Assembly (NCBI GenBank): GCA_048128005.1
Contig: JBEUKZ010000070.1
Coordinates: 62,001 to 126,000, forward strand
DNA from: Veleropilina oligotropha
Lineage: Eukaryota
Length of the DNA: 64,000 nt
Direction of reading: 5' to 3'
Shown: positions 23,599 to 36,129 of the stretch, piece by piece
Numbering within the stretch: the first letter of the stretch is position 1
Layout: every line of letters begins with the position of its first letter
Program-made: the position numbers and the translations under genes
The notes under the pieces: generated by a model
The model's input: the letters and a program-made list of their open reading frames with translations, nothing else
Databases searched by the model: none
What the model was told of the DNA's origin: nothing

Positions 23599-25429
23599 CC
23601 GACCTGGGATCGAGCTAATTCGGGTGTATTAGCACATTATTGTGGATCGATTCAGATGCATAATACATATTTATGTGTGGCAAAGCATATATAATACCAT
23701 ATTAGTGGCAAACGCATAAGTCCTAGTGTACGATTGGAGAACGATTTGGGTTACGTTTAATAGTCTTGGGGAAAAGCATTCATTAATTGATCCAGAGATT
23801 TTGCTATTGCAGGATCATAGGTCGGAGTGGTTTTGTAAAAAATCCTCCCATCTGCTGTCCAGAAATTTGCTACAATTTTGTTTTTGAACAGATCATTTAA
23901 GTTACAGACAATTCTCACTGTATACTTCGTCAAGTCCTCAACAATGAAAAGACGTTCTCTACTGTTCTTTAGAGCCCGTTTGCAGTAGAATATATCTAGA
24001 GCTTCTGGCCTTGTAGTTCGTAAACTTACAAATAATGGTGACCTTTCCCTGAGCGTCCGGTTTGCCTGTAAGATGGGATAGGTCGATGTCCTCCATAGTT
24101 AATTTTGTTTTCATGATGTTGTTTGCAAGATTCATGACATAGGAATCAGTATCGAGAACTGATCTATCCCCTCTTACTTTCCGGTGAGGGATGTGGTCTA
24201 TGGGTACATTGATGCGTAGTGACCCACTTCTGCTGTATTGTTCTAGTTCATCAAGATATAGTTCGGCTCTATTTATTCGATTTTCTTGGTTTATTAGACA
24301 GTCTTGTTGATCTTGGATTTTGGTTTGTTGTTCGGATGCACATTTCGTTAGTTGTTCAATTTCTTTGTCTTTGGTATTTGTTGTCGTTAAAAATTGGTCG
24401 AGTGTGGCCGAAATGTTCTCGATTGTTTCCTTTTGCGCATTAATGATTTTTAGCAGAGGTGATGTCGCTTTGTCCACAATGGTATTGATTAATTGCAGAA
24501 GACATGGTGTAATCCTCGTGTCGTCATCAGTTACGACTTCTTCTTCAATAGTTATGCCGCGGTTGGGTACCCACCCGTGACGACTTGGGTGTTGAAGATT
24601 CACCGGGTGATGTTCTCTCTCTCTTTTCACGATCGTTTGAGCCTTTGTTTGTTGGTGTTACATTGGTACTTGGTGACGGACTGATTGAGTGTTTCTTTTT
24701 GGTCGTATTCATGAATGGAAAAATGTAAAAAGTCATGCAGGCTGACTACACAGACAGACTAACAGGCTTGAAGAAAGGTTAACAGATGCACCAGCATATT
24801 TTAGGCCTTGGCGACATTCTTAGTAAACTCAACTGGAACAATCAGAATGACTTTTATGTAGGGGTGGGGGGAGGGTGAATGAGAAACACACTGACTTTTG
24901 CTCGACGGGTTATCGGACCCAGACCAGACGTCTAATGATGCAAAATGACTCGAGGCTGTATAGTAGAATGATATCCAGTTTGTGGTCATCAGTTCAGACG
25001 TTATATGATGAAAACGGCTTCATTGGTGGAGTGCAGCCATTTTGGAGCACAATTCTCCCTTTGACTGTGCTGGTGTGGGATTAACTAGTAAAGACAGTTA
25101 TCAGGGCATCGAAGCATTCAAGTCCTGCTTTATTGCATAGATCCAGGCTTGCCGCCAGATCTATTTCATGCAATAGATTTTATAAATAATTAAACAGCCA
25201 GTCTTGTTAATGCATTTCTGAGGTCTTTTTTCTTCACACTCCTACTATTAAGACATATATCCTAACGTCGCGATATTGTCTCTAATTGGGAAATAAAACT
25301 ATTTCATTAATTCAGATTCTTCGACATACTAGTACTGAAAAGCTTCTAAGAAAAATGTCCCATAATGTAGGCTGCATTTATATAACGAGTTCTGGCACCT
25401 TGTATATATATATAGTATTCGGGCCATAA

Positions 25430-25702
<273 letters not shown>

Positions 25703-26477
25703 TAATTAAGGATAGTATAGGTTATTCCATGAGGTTTTATTGTCTAATCGGAGAAGGCCACTGTTAAACCATGTGACGTATAGGTCCGTTTGTTTAACCA
25801 CACAGGCTTCTACGAACAAAAAATGAGTGATGTTACTGACATAACAATTGCAAAATGCAAATTAATTTGAAATATATTCTTATAATAAACTAATAAACTC
25901 ATTATTAGGTAAAAAAGAAGTTCCCCGTAGTCTAACTAACAATATGGTTAGTTAAAACACAGGCCAAGACAATATTTGATGTCATAACAATTATGTTTTG
26001 TCACCCATGTGCATAAAAAATGTCACTTTTTAGTAGGACTGTCATGAATTCCAACATTAAAACATTATAGGAATTCATGCAATTTATGGTTTTGTATATT
26101 ATTATTCAAAGTATTTTGAAAGTCTAACAAATTCAATTCAGCAACGTGAGTTGCTTTTTTCCAGAGTATATCTTCAGAACTGTAAAGACTGGATGCAAAA
26201 CATTTCCAGGCATTATCCAGCTTTAATAATTGTGCAATTGGCTAATTTCTAGTTTTAAAAGTGTACGAAGGTAACAATAACAACACGGTTGCATAGCTGT
26301 TCCAAATATGATCACTTGGGGGTGGGGGGAGGCACTTTTCTCTAATACTCATCACCCACATAATAGAATTAATCTAATAGCAACCACCCATAAAATACAT
26401 TTGAGGTTAATGCACATCTTGCATACAAAAAACAAAAGTGTCAAAATGATAACAGCTATTACATTTTCCAAAACAAA

Positions 26478-26715
26478 TATTATATACTATATAGTGTTAA
26501 TATATTAAATATCAAATGTTATATACTATATAGTGTTAATATATTAAATATCAAATAATATATACTAGATAGTGTTAATGTATTAAATATCAAATATTAT
26601 ATACTATATAGTGTTAATATATTAAATATCAAATAATATATACTAGATAGTGTTAATGTATTAAATATCAAATATTATATACTAGATAGTGTTAATGTAT
26701 TAAATATCAAATATT
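26478..26715. repeat. AT-rich 39-bp tandem repeat (~6 units)
   Basis: atatacta(t/g)atagtgttaat(a/g)tattaaatatcaaata(a/t)t repeated. Confidence 0.85.
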
Positions 26716-27377
26716 GTCTTATTATTACCACCCATGACATTTCTTCCCTAATTCGTGCATGTGCACTATTTTAATATGCGACTCAGGGATATAGATGGTT
26801 TGTGACAACTTAGCACTTCGAGGCAAGTAAATTACAACATCAAAAGATGATTTTGTTATGTTATGAGCAATTCTTCTTTTAAAATAAAATCTTGCACATG
26901 AGATTTTCATATTTACCCAACATCCTCAATTTTATATGTTTATCTCAACCCACACTGCATAACATACACAAGTCACCAGATCCACCCTGCATACAGAATT
27001 AATTAAGCTGCTTCCCCCTACCCCAATGCGATCAAATCTGGAACAGCTCTAAGGTGGGCATATATTTTGATTCAGAATGGGCAGACAGAGTTACAAGAGG
27101 TGTACAGTTAAAATTATGAGTCATGAATTTTGTCAAATTACGTTATTGTGAATACCCTCATTGCTCATAGTCAATTTTAATAATTAGATATTTTTTTGAA
27201 TTTTTGTCATGTGGTGGAAATATAATTGTAAAAATCAAAGAAAGCTCATCGATAAATAATTGCACATTGACTGAGGTTAATCAAGTAATATCCGTTCTTT
27301 GATATATGCGTGTATTACACCTGTGAAAAATGGTAACCTCGGCGCCATAGTCACAGCGTTCTTATTGCTTCTTCCAG

Positions 27378-27424
27378 GTGGATTGCCTCACCCCAAGGGC
27401 ATGCTGGCAGAGGATCTCCCACAG
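27378..27424 (+). CDS. ALKBH6: ALKBH6 exon 3
   Basis: ttccag|(G)GLPHPKGMLAEDLPQ|gtgggt; 47 nt, phases fit both neighbours. Confidence 0.92.
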
Positions 27425-29542
27425 GTGGGTACAGCTGTAATGTGCACCAAAGATAACAGATATATACGCAGTACATGATGTTTTGGTTGTATAGACATCA
27501 TGCATTGCACACATGTAGCATTTGTTATGTTTAGCATATATATTATATAATATATACCATATCAAGATTTAGTGCCTGAAGATAGCAAGCATGGTATGTT
27601 AGTTTTCAATTTGTTGATTTGACCCAATGATGTCCCAGGCATTATTCATGATAGTGGTCGGCTCCATTGTACACAGTAGCAGGGCTCTATACAAACGTTT
27701 TTTTAGCAAACAGGACTAAGTATATATTATCAGAGTCACTAGGGGTTTTGCCCGCTGTGTATTCAATAACTCAATGAGAATTGGGCAGGATTTTCTGCCA
27801 CCAGAGGCCAAAGCGTTAAGTAGATGTCGCTTGTTTTGACCTGTTACCTTGTTATCTCCCCTTTTGTATGCACGTCCAGTTGTTAGTTACTGAATTGTCT
27901 CTGATCTTTGTACTCTGTTAATCAATACGGATTCAGGTTCCCCTCGACCGCCATTATTGTTGCTAAAATCCAGTCTGAAAATTCAAGTCAATGGAAACTT
28001 TTAACACCCTCATAGATTCTGGTTATTCCGAAAGTTTCATTCAACCTTCAGCAGACAATATATATATAGCCCGGTCTTCTCTTTCCTCAAAACCCCCTTG
28101 ATATGTGTACGGTTAATGTGGAACATGAAGGCAGAATAGATACTAACATTCGTTTGTGTGTTCTTCCAGAATTGTGTGCGGATTTCGTCGTTGGATTGGG
28201 TTTCCAAAAGCAACACGAAATAGTTGTCTTTAAGCATGGTTACTCTTCGTGTTGACTCTCCCATCTTATTTGTAAATCTCACATCTAACTCATCTTATCG
28301 ATACTAAGTTTCACAGATAGTGTGACTGTGTCTTGACAAATTTCAAACATCTCTACTCTAAGCACACATATTGATGTGTACAGAGAGAGGACTTAGTCTA
28401 TGTTCAAGAGACATCTGCATGTCACCCATACCAGAAATTATTTGCGTCTTTCTAAGGCAAATTGATAAATGTCTGTCTACATTGAGAGATTGATGAACAA
28501 TGCTTGATAGACTGTTTACTTTGTTGAAAATTCATCATGTCCAGCCGATCTCCTGACCGGGAACCAGTATTATATATAGTTACAAACTACTTACGTCCTT
28601 ACTCTTGCCATAATAGTCATATTATCGCCAACCGGAAACAGTGAATAAAGTCACATTTAGGCACTTATTAAGTCAAAACGTACTACGATTACCTCCCCTG
28701 CTCCCGCTCTCTAAGTTCCCCCGGCGAGATCTCGCCAAGTCTCGCGAGATATCCGAGCTCGAGATCACAAGACCTCAATTCAAAGTTTTCCGCCGAGACG
28801 GAAAGTCGTGTTTTTGCTCCGCAAATATTTCGAATTTGTCTGCGATTTACATGTTTAAATCGAGGACGCTATTATAACTTATCTTTAGTTATATACTGTG
28901 GAATATACACTGTGTTGTGGATAGACAAAACACAAGTGAATAAGGATAGATTGTGATTCTAAACTTCGAGAAGTTCTGACATCAAGTGAAACCGACATCG
29001 CCGCTGTTGCAGGAAAAGCATGGCCGCTCAGAGGGGAAGTTTCGTGTAATAAGAAGAAATTTCTGGTCGGTATATTTATCTGATATTGTTTGAGACTGCA
29101 AACAGGTAACTCATTATATTGGATAATTCCTTAACGACGCTATTGCTGGTTATTATTGTATAAAATTTCTAGCGTCGTTAATAGGCAGGATCGTTTTGAT
29201 ATCACGCTTGCGTTTTCCTGATATCCTGCCGTTTCTGGGATAATACGCCATTGTACTAACATAAAAACATCCACGAGGTTTTCAGGTGTTTTTCGGGGCG
29301 GTTTTTTCTAAGAAAGAACCCCCGTTTGTTTTAGTCAATTTGCCGGGTTTTTTACCGGGTCGTGCCGGGTTATTACCCGGCCTCGGTGTTCCCAGTTCGG
29401 GGTTTTTTGCGGTATATCGCCTGATCTTTGATCTTCAGATCAGGGCAATTTTGAGAGTTGTTGTAGTAAAAGTCACAACTACCATATATATACCTATTTA
29501 CCTACCCCGTCTACCCACTACCACCCTCCCGTGTATTTAGCT

Positions 29543-31816
29543 ATGGTCCGGTGCAGTAGCTCCGGGTGTAACCAGAAAATTCACGGTTTTGATAAGCACA
29601 CGGAATGCCGTATTCACCGTACTTGTAGTCTTAAACTTCAATGTGATCTGTGCCTTCTTTTATCAGACAAGCAGTGGGCGGTTCTATCCCACCAGGGTAA
29701 GTCGACCAGGGCGACTGCCACGGTGGGTCCTCCCCCGGAGAAGGGTCAGGAAGAGACTGGTAAGTTAACGAGTTCCCTTAGGGGTTCCGTAAGGGATAAC
29801 GTTTCTTCTTTGTCTGCTTCAGGGACGCTGGCCGACAGCCGACATAAGGGGCCGTCTGTCGCCGGATCCACCGGCGAAACCTCCGCGACTCTTGGGGGAG
29901 TCACCGAAACCTTGCCGGGACCCCAGATTCAGGTAACGGCCCGAGTGCCGACCGTTCCTCCTCAAACGGGCCTAGTAGCTGCAGCCAACCATACCTTGCC
30001 GGCTAGCAAGGTATATCTGGCAGCGCAGAGAACAGCTGAACAGGGCAGACAATCCCCTCCCTATTCTTCGGCCTCGAAGAATAAGGGGACAGTTAGTCCT
30101 TCTGCGGGAAACTCTCCGTTTAACGACGGGGAGCGACCCAATTAGAAAGCCTTTAAAGAGGCCGGGCACCTTTTCGAAGGTCTAAGATCCGGACAATCGG
30201 CGACACCTGAATCCTCGATCGAGACCGACGCGACTGCCCCTAAGGGTTTTCCGCTCAACCTCGAAGCTCACGAGACATTCAGAGGGCCCGTTCTTTCCCG
30301 TGCACCCACGATGGTCACGCTAGAGAACGTGGACAGACTGGCTGCGTTCGGGACGGGGTTCTACGGCGGTTTTCCGACCGTGCCTCTCTCGAACAGAGTG
30401 GTAGACCGATATGGACTGTTGCCGCAGTCCTACCGGTCGTCCGGCCCACTGACTGCGCCTTTGGGCCAGCCCTTCGGGTTCGACCCCTCGACAAGTGCCC
30501 TAGGACCCTGGTCCTCGGCCCCACCTGTCTATGCAGCCCGTCTACCTAGCGCCACGGTTTCCTCGACTGAACTACCGGCTGTTAGTTCGACGCCCGTCCT
30601 GCCTCAGGGTTTCTCTTTGGAGAACGTCCAGGCATGGATCGCGGCGGGGATCGAGGAACAGTGTAAGGCCTGGCCGACGGCTCCCCAGCCGCGCCTGGTA
30701 CCTACACATCTGCCCATGGCGCAGAGCACGGCTCCTGCCTCCGTGATGGACATCGACCCTCGTTCCGACGAGGACCTCGATTCCAATCACTCGGACCTCC
30801 CTGAATCGGTCGGGCCCGAAGACGCAAGTCTTTCAGGCACGCAGGAGCCGACCTCCTCCACCCGCCGAAGGCTCGACGCCGTTGCGTCACTTCGCGGGGT
30901 GCTTGGCCTGCCGGAACCGACTCGGTCGGCCGTAGGTTCAGCCAAGCACAGGACGGCAGCACATCGGTTTGTTGAGAGGGAAGCCCCCGAGCTCCCCTCC
31001 TTACCTCAGTCTGGGCTGGTTGATCTTGTCGTCGACTCGACAACCAAGCTCATTCAGGGGCGCAATCCGGTGGAGTCCTCCCCGCTGAACGAGTTCCCTT
31101 CGGGGTTCCGTAGTGGGAGGTACCTCCGGGCCAGTTCGCGTTCGATCCCGTTCGCTTGTACTGGTCCGTGCCTGGCGACTGAGCCGGCTCATGTAGACGC
31201 TTCGTTGCGTCGACTGACCGCCAGTCACACTCCCTCCGTGGCGAAAGTTCCTTGGTCCGCCTTGGTAGCTTTCGAGAGCGCCGCCCGACGGGCTCTACGG
31301 CTATCGTCTGTTCAGGATTTTTTCTTGGACGGCGCGATAGCCGTACTACAGGAGGATGGACCCGGCGCCTGTGAGGCTGCCCTGTCCTTCCTCCAGGAGG
31401 TTGCTGCCGCGCAGGAGACCAGCGCGTTGGAGACGGGACGTGTCCTGGGCAATGCACTCCTACTTCGTAGGGATGCTTGCCTGGAAGGCACCTCGCTAGA
31501 CGAGGCCACCCGGCGCTCGTTGCGATGCGTGCCTTGCTCGGCCACCACTCTCTTTGGTGACAACTTTTCGGAGTTCGTCGACAAGAGAGCGGCGGATATG
31601 AAGGACCGTGCCATCGAGAAGGCGGTACTGCACCCCGTTCGGGGTCCACCTGCCGACTCGAGGAAGCGCTCAGGGCCCACCCGGGCCCCGAAGCCTTCTA
31701 AGCGTGCAAAGCCCTCTTTGGGTGGTAGGCCTCCGGCCAATAAACCCACTCCGAAGAGGCAAGCACCTCCAGCGAAATCCCGTAAGCAGAGCGGGAGAGG
31801 GAAGCCTCGGCCCTAG
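29543..31816 (+). pseudogene. DIRS gag-like ORF1 with in-frame stop
   Basis: Homologous to copy 1 gag. NAEKAF has become N*KAF (TAG 30143-30145); the 29531 and 30311 ORFs share a frame. Confidence 0.85.
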
Positions 31817-31866
31817 GTCTGCCGGCATTCGCGACGGTCCCAGCTGCCGCTTCCGCCGGTGGGAGC

Positions 31867-34800
31867 GTGTCTGTTAGCGTACAGCCAGTCGTGACTAGAG
31901 CTAACAGACAGCAGCTGGGTCCATTTAGTCGTGCGTGCCGGATACAAGTTGGCATTCAACCGGCATCCGACCTTAACCGAGGCACCACCACCAAGACACG
32001 CTCGCCTCCTAAACGGAGAGAAACAAGCGGTCTTAGACCAGGCAGTGCGGGATTTGCTCCTCAAAGGAGCGATATATCCCGCGCCGCCCAGCACACCAGG
32101 ATTTTACAGCCATTTCTTCCTGGTCCCGAAACCCGATGGCCGCTGGCGACCGATCCTCGATCTCTCGTATCTCAACCGATATCTTCGTACCGAGAAATTC
32201 CAGCAAGAAACCCTCTCGAAGATTCGAGCGGCCATCCGTCCGGGCGACTGGGCAGCGTCTATCGATCTGACCGACGCGTATCTGCATGTCCCGATGCATA
32301 TCACGGCTCATCAGTACCTTCGGTTTATACACGGGGAGACGATCTACCAATTCAGGTGCCTACCGTTCGGTCTATCGTCAGCCCCTTACGTCTTCACGAG
32401 AACAGTACAGGCCCTTGGGGCCTTCCTACACTCTCTAGGGCACAGGGTACATATGTACCTCGACGACTGGCTGATCCTCGGGGCGTCCCGAGATCTGTGC
32501 CTCCGGTCTACGAGTTTTACCCTGTCATCGACGAAGCGCCTGGGATTTCAGATCAACGAGACAAAATCCTGCTTCGTGCCCTCGACGACGTTTACGTTCC
32601 TCGGAGTCGACTTCGATACGGTCCGGTACACCGCGAAGCCGACCCAGAAACGTATGCGGAACCTACGCGCGGTTATCCAAGACACCCTGTCATCGGACAT
32701 AACTACGGCGCGACAACTGGCCACTGTCCTGGGGCACATCGAGTCGGTAGCGACCCTGCTACCGACGGGTCGCATGGACAAACGACCGTTACAACAGGCG
32801 TTCAGGGATCGCTGGATACAACGGACGGGGCAGTGGACGGATCGCATCGATCTACGGCATTGGTTTACCAGCACAACAGCAGTGTGGTTGAACCCTGCTT
32901 TGCCGGACCAGTCGGTTCCTATATCCCCGCCAGAGCCGAACGCTTACCTGTTCACAGACGCTTCGAACGACGGCTGGGGTGGTCACCTCGACAGTTACGA
33001 GACATCAGGCCTATGGCCGACGGACCTTCAGGGACGACACATCAACTTCCTAGAGTTAGAAGCAGTCTACCTGTCAGTACGGTCCCTCTCGTCACATCTC
33101 CGCAACAAGCACATAATGCTCGCCACGGACAACACGACTGTCGTCGCTTACATCCAGCACCAGGGCGGCACTCGCTCGCGTCCCCTTTGCGACCGAGCAA
33201 TAGACCTACACCGCCTAGTGATGTCCCTCAACTCGACGATTCGAGCCCGACACATCCCGGGAAAGCTGAATGTCAGAGCGGATTCGCTCTCTCGGAAATC
33301 ACAGATAATACACACAGAGTGGACGCTACACAGCCGAGTAGCTCGGGACGTTTGCCGCCGGTGGTCGCAACCCCAAGTCGATCTGTTTGCAACAGAATTC
33401 AATTACCGACTACCTCTGTATGTCTCCCCGTACCCGGACCCGGCCGCCCTAGCGGTCGACGCACTGTCAATGACATGGGAGAATCTGTCCGCTTATGCCT
33501 TCCCCCCGTCGTGCATTCTGACACTGGTATTACAGAAGGCATCGAACGAACGTTGCGAGATAACGCTAATCGCGCCCCTGTATCGCACGCAACCTTGGTT
33601 TCCGACCCTCCTCGATCTGATCGTCGATCGACCGTTAGCGCTCCCGCAGAGACCGGACCTGTTAATGCAGCCGCGCACCCGTGTACTACATCCATCGCCG
33701 AACGACTTACGTTTACACGCCTGGCGGTTATCGAACGATCCCTTGCTAAGAAAGGATTTTCTCACGCAACAGCCCTACGCATTTACCGATCGAGAAGGCT
33801 TTCCACGACAAAAGTTTATGACTACCGATGGGTCAAGTACGTGGATTGGTGTCACAGCCGGCAGTTCAATATTCTCCGTCCCCCTGTGAACAAGTTTATC
33901 GAGTTTTTATCGTCGCTCTTTGACCGCGGTATGTCAGTGTCCGCCGTTAAAGGCTATCGGGCAACGATCGCGACCACGTTAAAACAGTGTCGTGCCCATG
34001 TTGGCCTATCTAGCGACCGAACGATATCGGATTTTATACGATCCTACGAGCTCGAAATGCCGACCCGAACCATACGGCCACCTGCCTGGAATATCGTTCT
34101 AATTCTTAACGCTCTACACTTACCCCCGTACGAGCCGATGTCCACGGTGTCTATGAGGAACTTGACGCACAAAACGGTTTTTCTGATCGCCTTAGCGTCG
34201 GGCAGGCGTTGTTCCAAGATTCATAGCTTATCCGCCGAGCTACGAGATATTCGATTCCAGTCAGACGGGTCGGTGATGCTGCGTCCTATTCTGGGCTTTC
34301 TCGCCAAGAACCAACGGCCGAACGAGGACGCACCTGATATTATTATCCCTAAGCTTACGCTGGTCGGAAGGCATGATGAGGACCGGTTAAATTGCCCCGT
34401 GCGGGCCCTGCGCTTCTACCTCGACAGGACCCGTGATCTGCGGCAGGGAAAATTACGTTTATTCATTTCGTATTTACCTTCCTTCACCCACGACATTACA
34501 AAGACGACTGTTTCGCGGTGGATTTCACAGGTGGTGAGAGATGTATACTCTCGCTGTGAAGAAGTAGACCGCACTATTTTATCTGTGCGCGTGCACGAGG
34601 TCCGTGCAATTGCGGCTTCCATTGCCTTCCGACATAATTTAAATATCACAGCGTTGCTTCAAGCAGGTTACTGGAAGAATGCAAATGTCTTTGTTAAGCA
34701 TTATCTGCGGGACTATTCAACCGGGGCTGACGGTTTGAGCACTCTACAGTGTGTGGCTGCTCAACGTTGTATTGTTAGACCGAGGTCGTCTAATCAGTGA
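31867..34800 (+). CDS. DIRS tyrosine recombinase ORF (copy 2)
   Basis: ALASGRRCSKIHS, CPVRAL, HEVRAIAAS, GYWKNANVFVKHY. Confidence 0.9.
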   Translation: MSVSVQPVVTRANRQQLGPFSRACRIQVGIQPASDLNRGTTTKTRSPPKRRETSGLRPGSAGFAPQRSDISRAAQHTRILQPFLPGPETRWPLATDPRSLVSQPISSYREIPARNPLEDSSGHPSGRLGSVYRSDRRVSACPDAYHGSSVPSVYTRGDDLPIQVPTVRSIVSPLRLHENSTGPWGLPTLSRAQGTYVPRRLADPRGVPRSVPPVYEFYPVIDEAPGISDQRDKILLRALDDVYVPRSRLRYGPVHREADPETYAEPTRGYPRHPVIGHNYGATTGHCPGAHRVGSDPATDGSHGQTTVTTGVQGSLDTTDGAVDGSHRSTALVYQHNSSVVEPCFAGPVGSYIPARAERLPVHRRFERRLGWSPRQLRDIRPMADGPSGTTHQLPRVRSSLPVSTVPLVTSPQQAHNARHGQHDCRRLHPAPGRHSLASPLRPSNRPTPPSDVPQLDDSSPTHPGKAECQSGFALSEITDNTHRVDATQPSSSGRLPPVVATPSRSVCNRIQLPTTSVCLPVPGPGRPSGRRTVNDMGESVRLCLPPVVHSDTGITEGIERTLRDNANRAPVSHATLVSDPPRSDRRSTVSAPAETGPVNAAAHPCTTSIAERLTFTRLAVIERSLAKKGFSHATALRIYRSRRLSTTKVYDYRWVKYVDWCHSRQFNILRPPVNKFIEFLSSLFDRGMSVSAVKGYRATIATTLKQCRAHVGLSSDRTISDFIRSYELEMPTRTIRPPAWNIVLILNALHLPPYEPMSTVSMRNLTHKTVFLIALASGRRCSKIHSLSAELRDIRFQSDGSVMLRPILGFLAKNQRPNEDAPDIIIPKLTLVGRHDEDRLNCPVRALRFYLDRTRDLRQGKLRLFISYLPSFTHDITKTTVSRWISQVVRDVYSRCEEVDRTILSVRVHEVRAIAASIAFRHNLNITALLQAGYWKNANVFVKHYLRDYSTGADGLSTLQCVAAQRCIVRPRSSNQ
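31931..33889 (+). CDS. DIRS RT/RNase H/MT-like ORF (copy 2); upstream part damaged
   Basis: YLDD, FTDAS, VDLFA/YAFPP. There is an in-frame TGA at 31892-31894 where copy 1 has Trp, and a 1-nt indel near 31848. Confidence 0.88.
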   Translation: MRAGYKLAFNRHPTLTEAPPPRHARLLNGEKQAVLDQAVRDLLLKGAIYPAPPSTPGFYSHFFLVPKPDGRWRPILDLSYLNRYLRTEKFQQETLSKIRAAIRPGDWAASIDLTDAYLHVPMHITAHQYLRFIHGETIYQFRCLPFGLSSAPYVFTRTVQALGAFLHSLGHRVHMYLDDWLILGASRDLCLRSTSFTLSSTKRLGFQINETKSCFVPSTTFTFLGVDFDTVRYTAKPTQKRMRNLRAVIQDTLSSDITTARQLATVLGHIESVATLLPTGRMDKRPLQQAFRDRWIQRTGQWTDRIDLRHWFTSTTAVWLNPALPDQSVPISPPEPNAYLFTDASNDGWGGHLDSYETSGLWPTDLQGRHINFLELEAVYLSVRSLSSHLRNKHIMLATDNTTVVAYIQHQGGTRSRPLCDRAIDLHRLVMSLNSTIRARHIPGKLNVRADSLSRKSQIIHTEWTLHSRVARDVCRRWSQPQVDLFATEFNYRLPLYVSPYPDPAALAVDALSMTWENLSAYAFPPSCILTLVLQKASNERCEITLIAPLYRTQPWFPTLLDLIVDRPLALPQRPDLLMQPRTRVLHPSPNDLRLHAWRLSNDPLLRKDFLTQQPYAFTDREGFPRQKFMTTDGSSTWIGVTAGSSIFSVPL

Positions 34801-36024
34801 GTATTGTTTCTTGATTGATCAATTTACATAATTCATGCTGACGCATTGTTATTTGTTGGCCTAGCTGTTCTATGAAATAGACACATATGAGGCGATTCAA
34901 TGTCTGTTCATTTCTTAAAAACATTTTAAGATTTTGTACTTCATGTCATACCTGAGTATATTGACAAGCCAGATCACATTGAATTAATAAACAATTATAT
35001 TGCGAAAATCTTATAGGATTTTTTAGGTTCAATATTATTGATGTTCTATGCTGTTATCGAACATACGATGTTCAAGACATTGAAATTTTTTTAATATTTG
35101 CTTCCTTAAAATTTATTTTAAGTAACATGTCTTACATGTTAGCGTTTCGCAAGTTGGTCATGCGAATCAGTTATTAATATCGATTATTTATTTAATCTAT
35201 TAATTCTTTGCTTTTGATTTCACGCTTTCACAACCTATTAGGTTCCGTGTGCTTACAAATCCGACTGCATCCTCTGGCTACCGGCCTTTGGCCCGGAGTA
35301 CCATTTGGCTGCCACTGGCCCATGACACGTAAGACCTACAAGGATCCATCCTTCCGGCCGTGCCTGGGGCTGATTGCACTTCCGTTCACCTCGTCCGACT
35401 AACACCACGGCGTATTCTCCCGGTAACACTGGTCGAAATTCTCGCTTGGTAAGAGTTGAATATAATTCTCAGTAAATTCCACTCTGGGCGGACACAATCG
35501 ACGCTTCGAGCTGATTGAAATGGTGAAAAGTAAGTCATTATCTTGTTTGGGTTTGCTGTAAGGAACTTCTTACCCACCTATCCAAGGTTATTCTGGCAAG
35601 AGTAAGGACGTAAGTAGTTTGTAACTATATATGAGGTTTTTAATTAAACCTAATATTAGTTAAAACATACTTACGTCCTTACTACGATTACCCACCCTGC
35701 GTTTCGCATTCCTCCCCTCTACTAAGTTCCTTTGGGGTTCTGAACTTTGAATTGAGGTCTTGTGATCTCGAGCTCGGATATCTCGCGAGACTTGGCGAGA
35801 TCTCGCCGGGGGAACTTAGAGAGCGGGAGCAGGGGAGGTAATCGTAGTACGTTTTGACTTAATAAGTGCCTAAATGTGACTTTATTCACTGTTTCCGGTT
35901 GGCGATAATATGACTATTATGGCAAGAGTAAGGACGTAAGTATGTTTTAACTAATATTAGGTTTAATTAAAAACCTCATTTACTGCACATACAACAATAA
36001 ACGAATAATATTATTTCTTTTCAG

Positions 36025-36129
36025 TGGTTGAATATTTATGCAAAAAAGATCGCTGCTCTTGGTGTGTTTAAAGACAAAGTTCCAAATCATGTGCTGGTGA
36101 ATGAGTATTTACCTGGCCAAGGAATTATG
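36025..36129 (+). CDS. ALKBH6: ALKBH6 exon 4
   Basis: ttttcag|[35 protein letters not shown]|gtaatg; AlkB-type N.Y.PG.GI motif. Not in the ORF track. Confidence 0.93.

Larger units (their letters stand above)
17960..24760 (-). mobile_element. Degenerate CR1/L2-like non-LTR retrotransposon (ORF1 + APE-RT ORF2) interrupted by two insertions; ends approximate
   Basis: ORF1 23959-24630 (coiled coil, DELEQYSR..LRI; downstream EDLT...WTADGRIF). Endonuclease pieces LLCETFL, YRVPG, PTRITHHSATLID (about 21000-21790). RT pieces YRLISLL..SKVLEK, FLDLSKAFDTIDH, GVPQGSILGPLLF, FADDT (18100-20090). Many stops and frameshifts. Confidence 0.88.
28574..35979 (+). mobile_element. Full-length DIRS1-like retrotransposon (copy 2, ~7.4 kb) in ALKBH6 intron 3
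   Basis: Starts atatagttacaaac, ends taaaaacctcat. ITRs about 28589-28786 and 35742-35941; ICR about 35594-35683 (gtaactatat|atgaggtttt). Same ORF set as copy 1. Confidence 0.96.

Noticed and set aside
27830..28560. Possible decayed coding fragment upstream of DIRS copy 2
   Set aside because: No motif I can identify; cannot be supported without a search.
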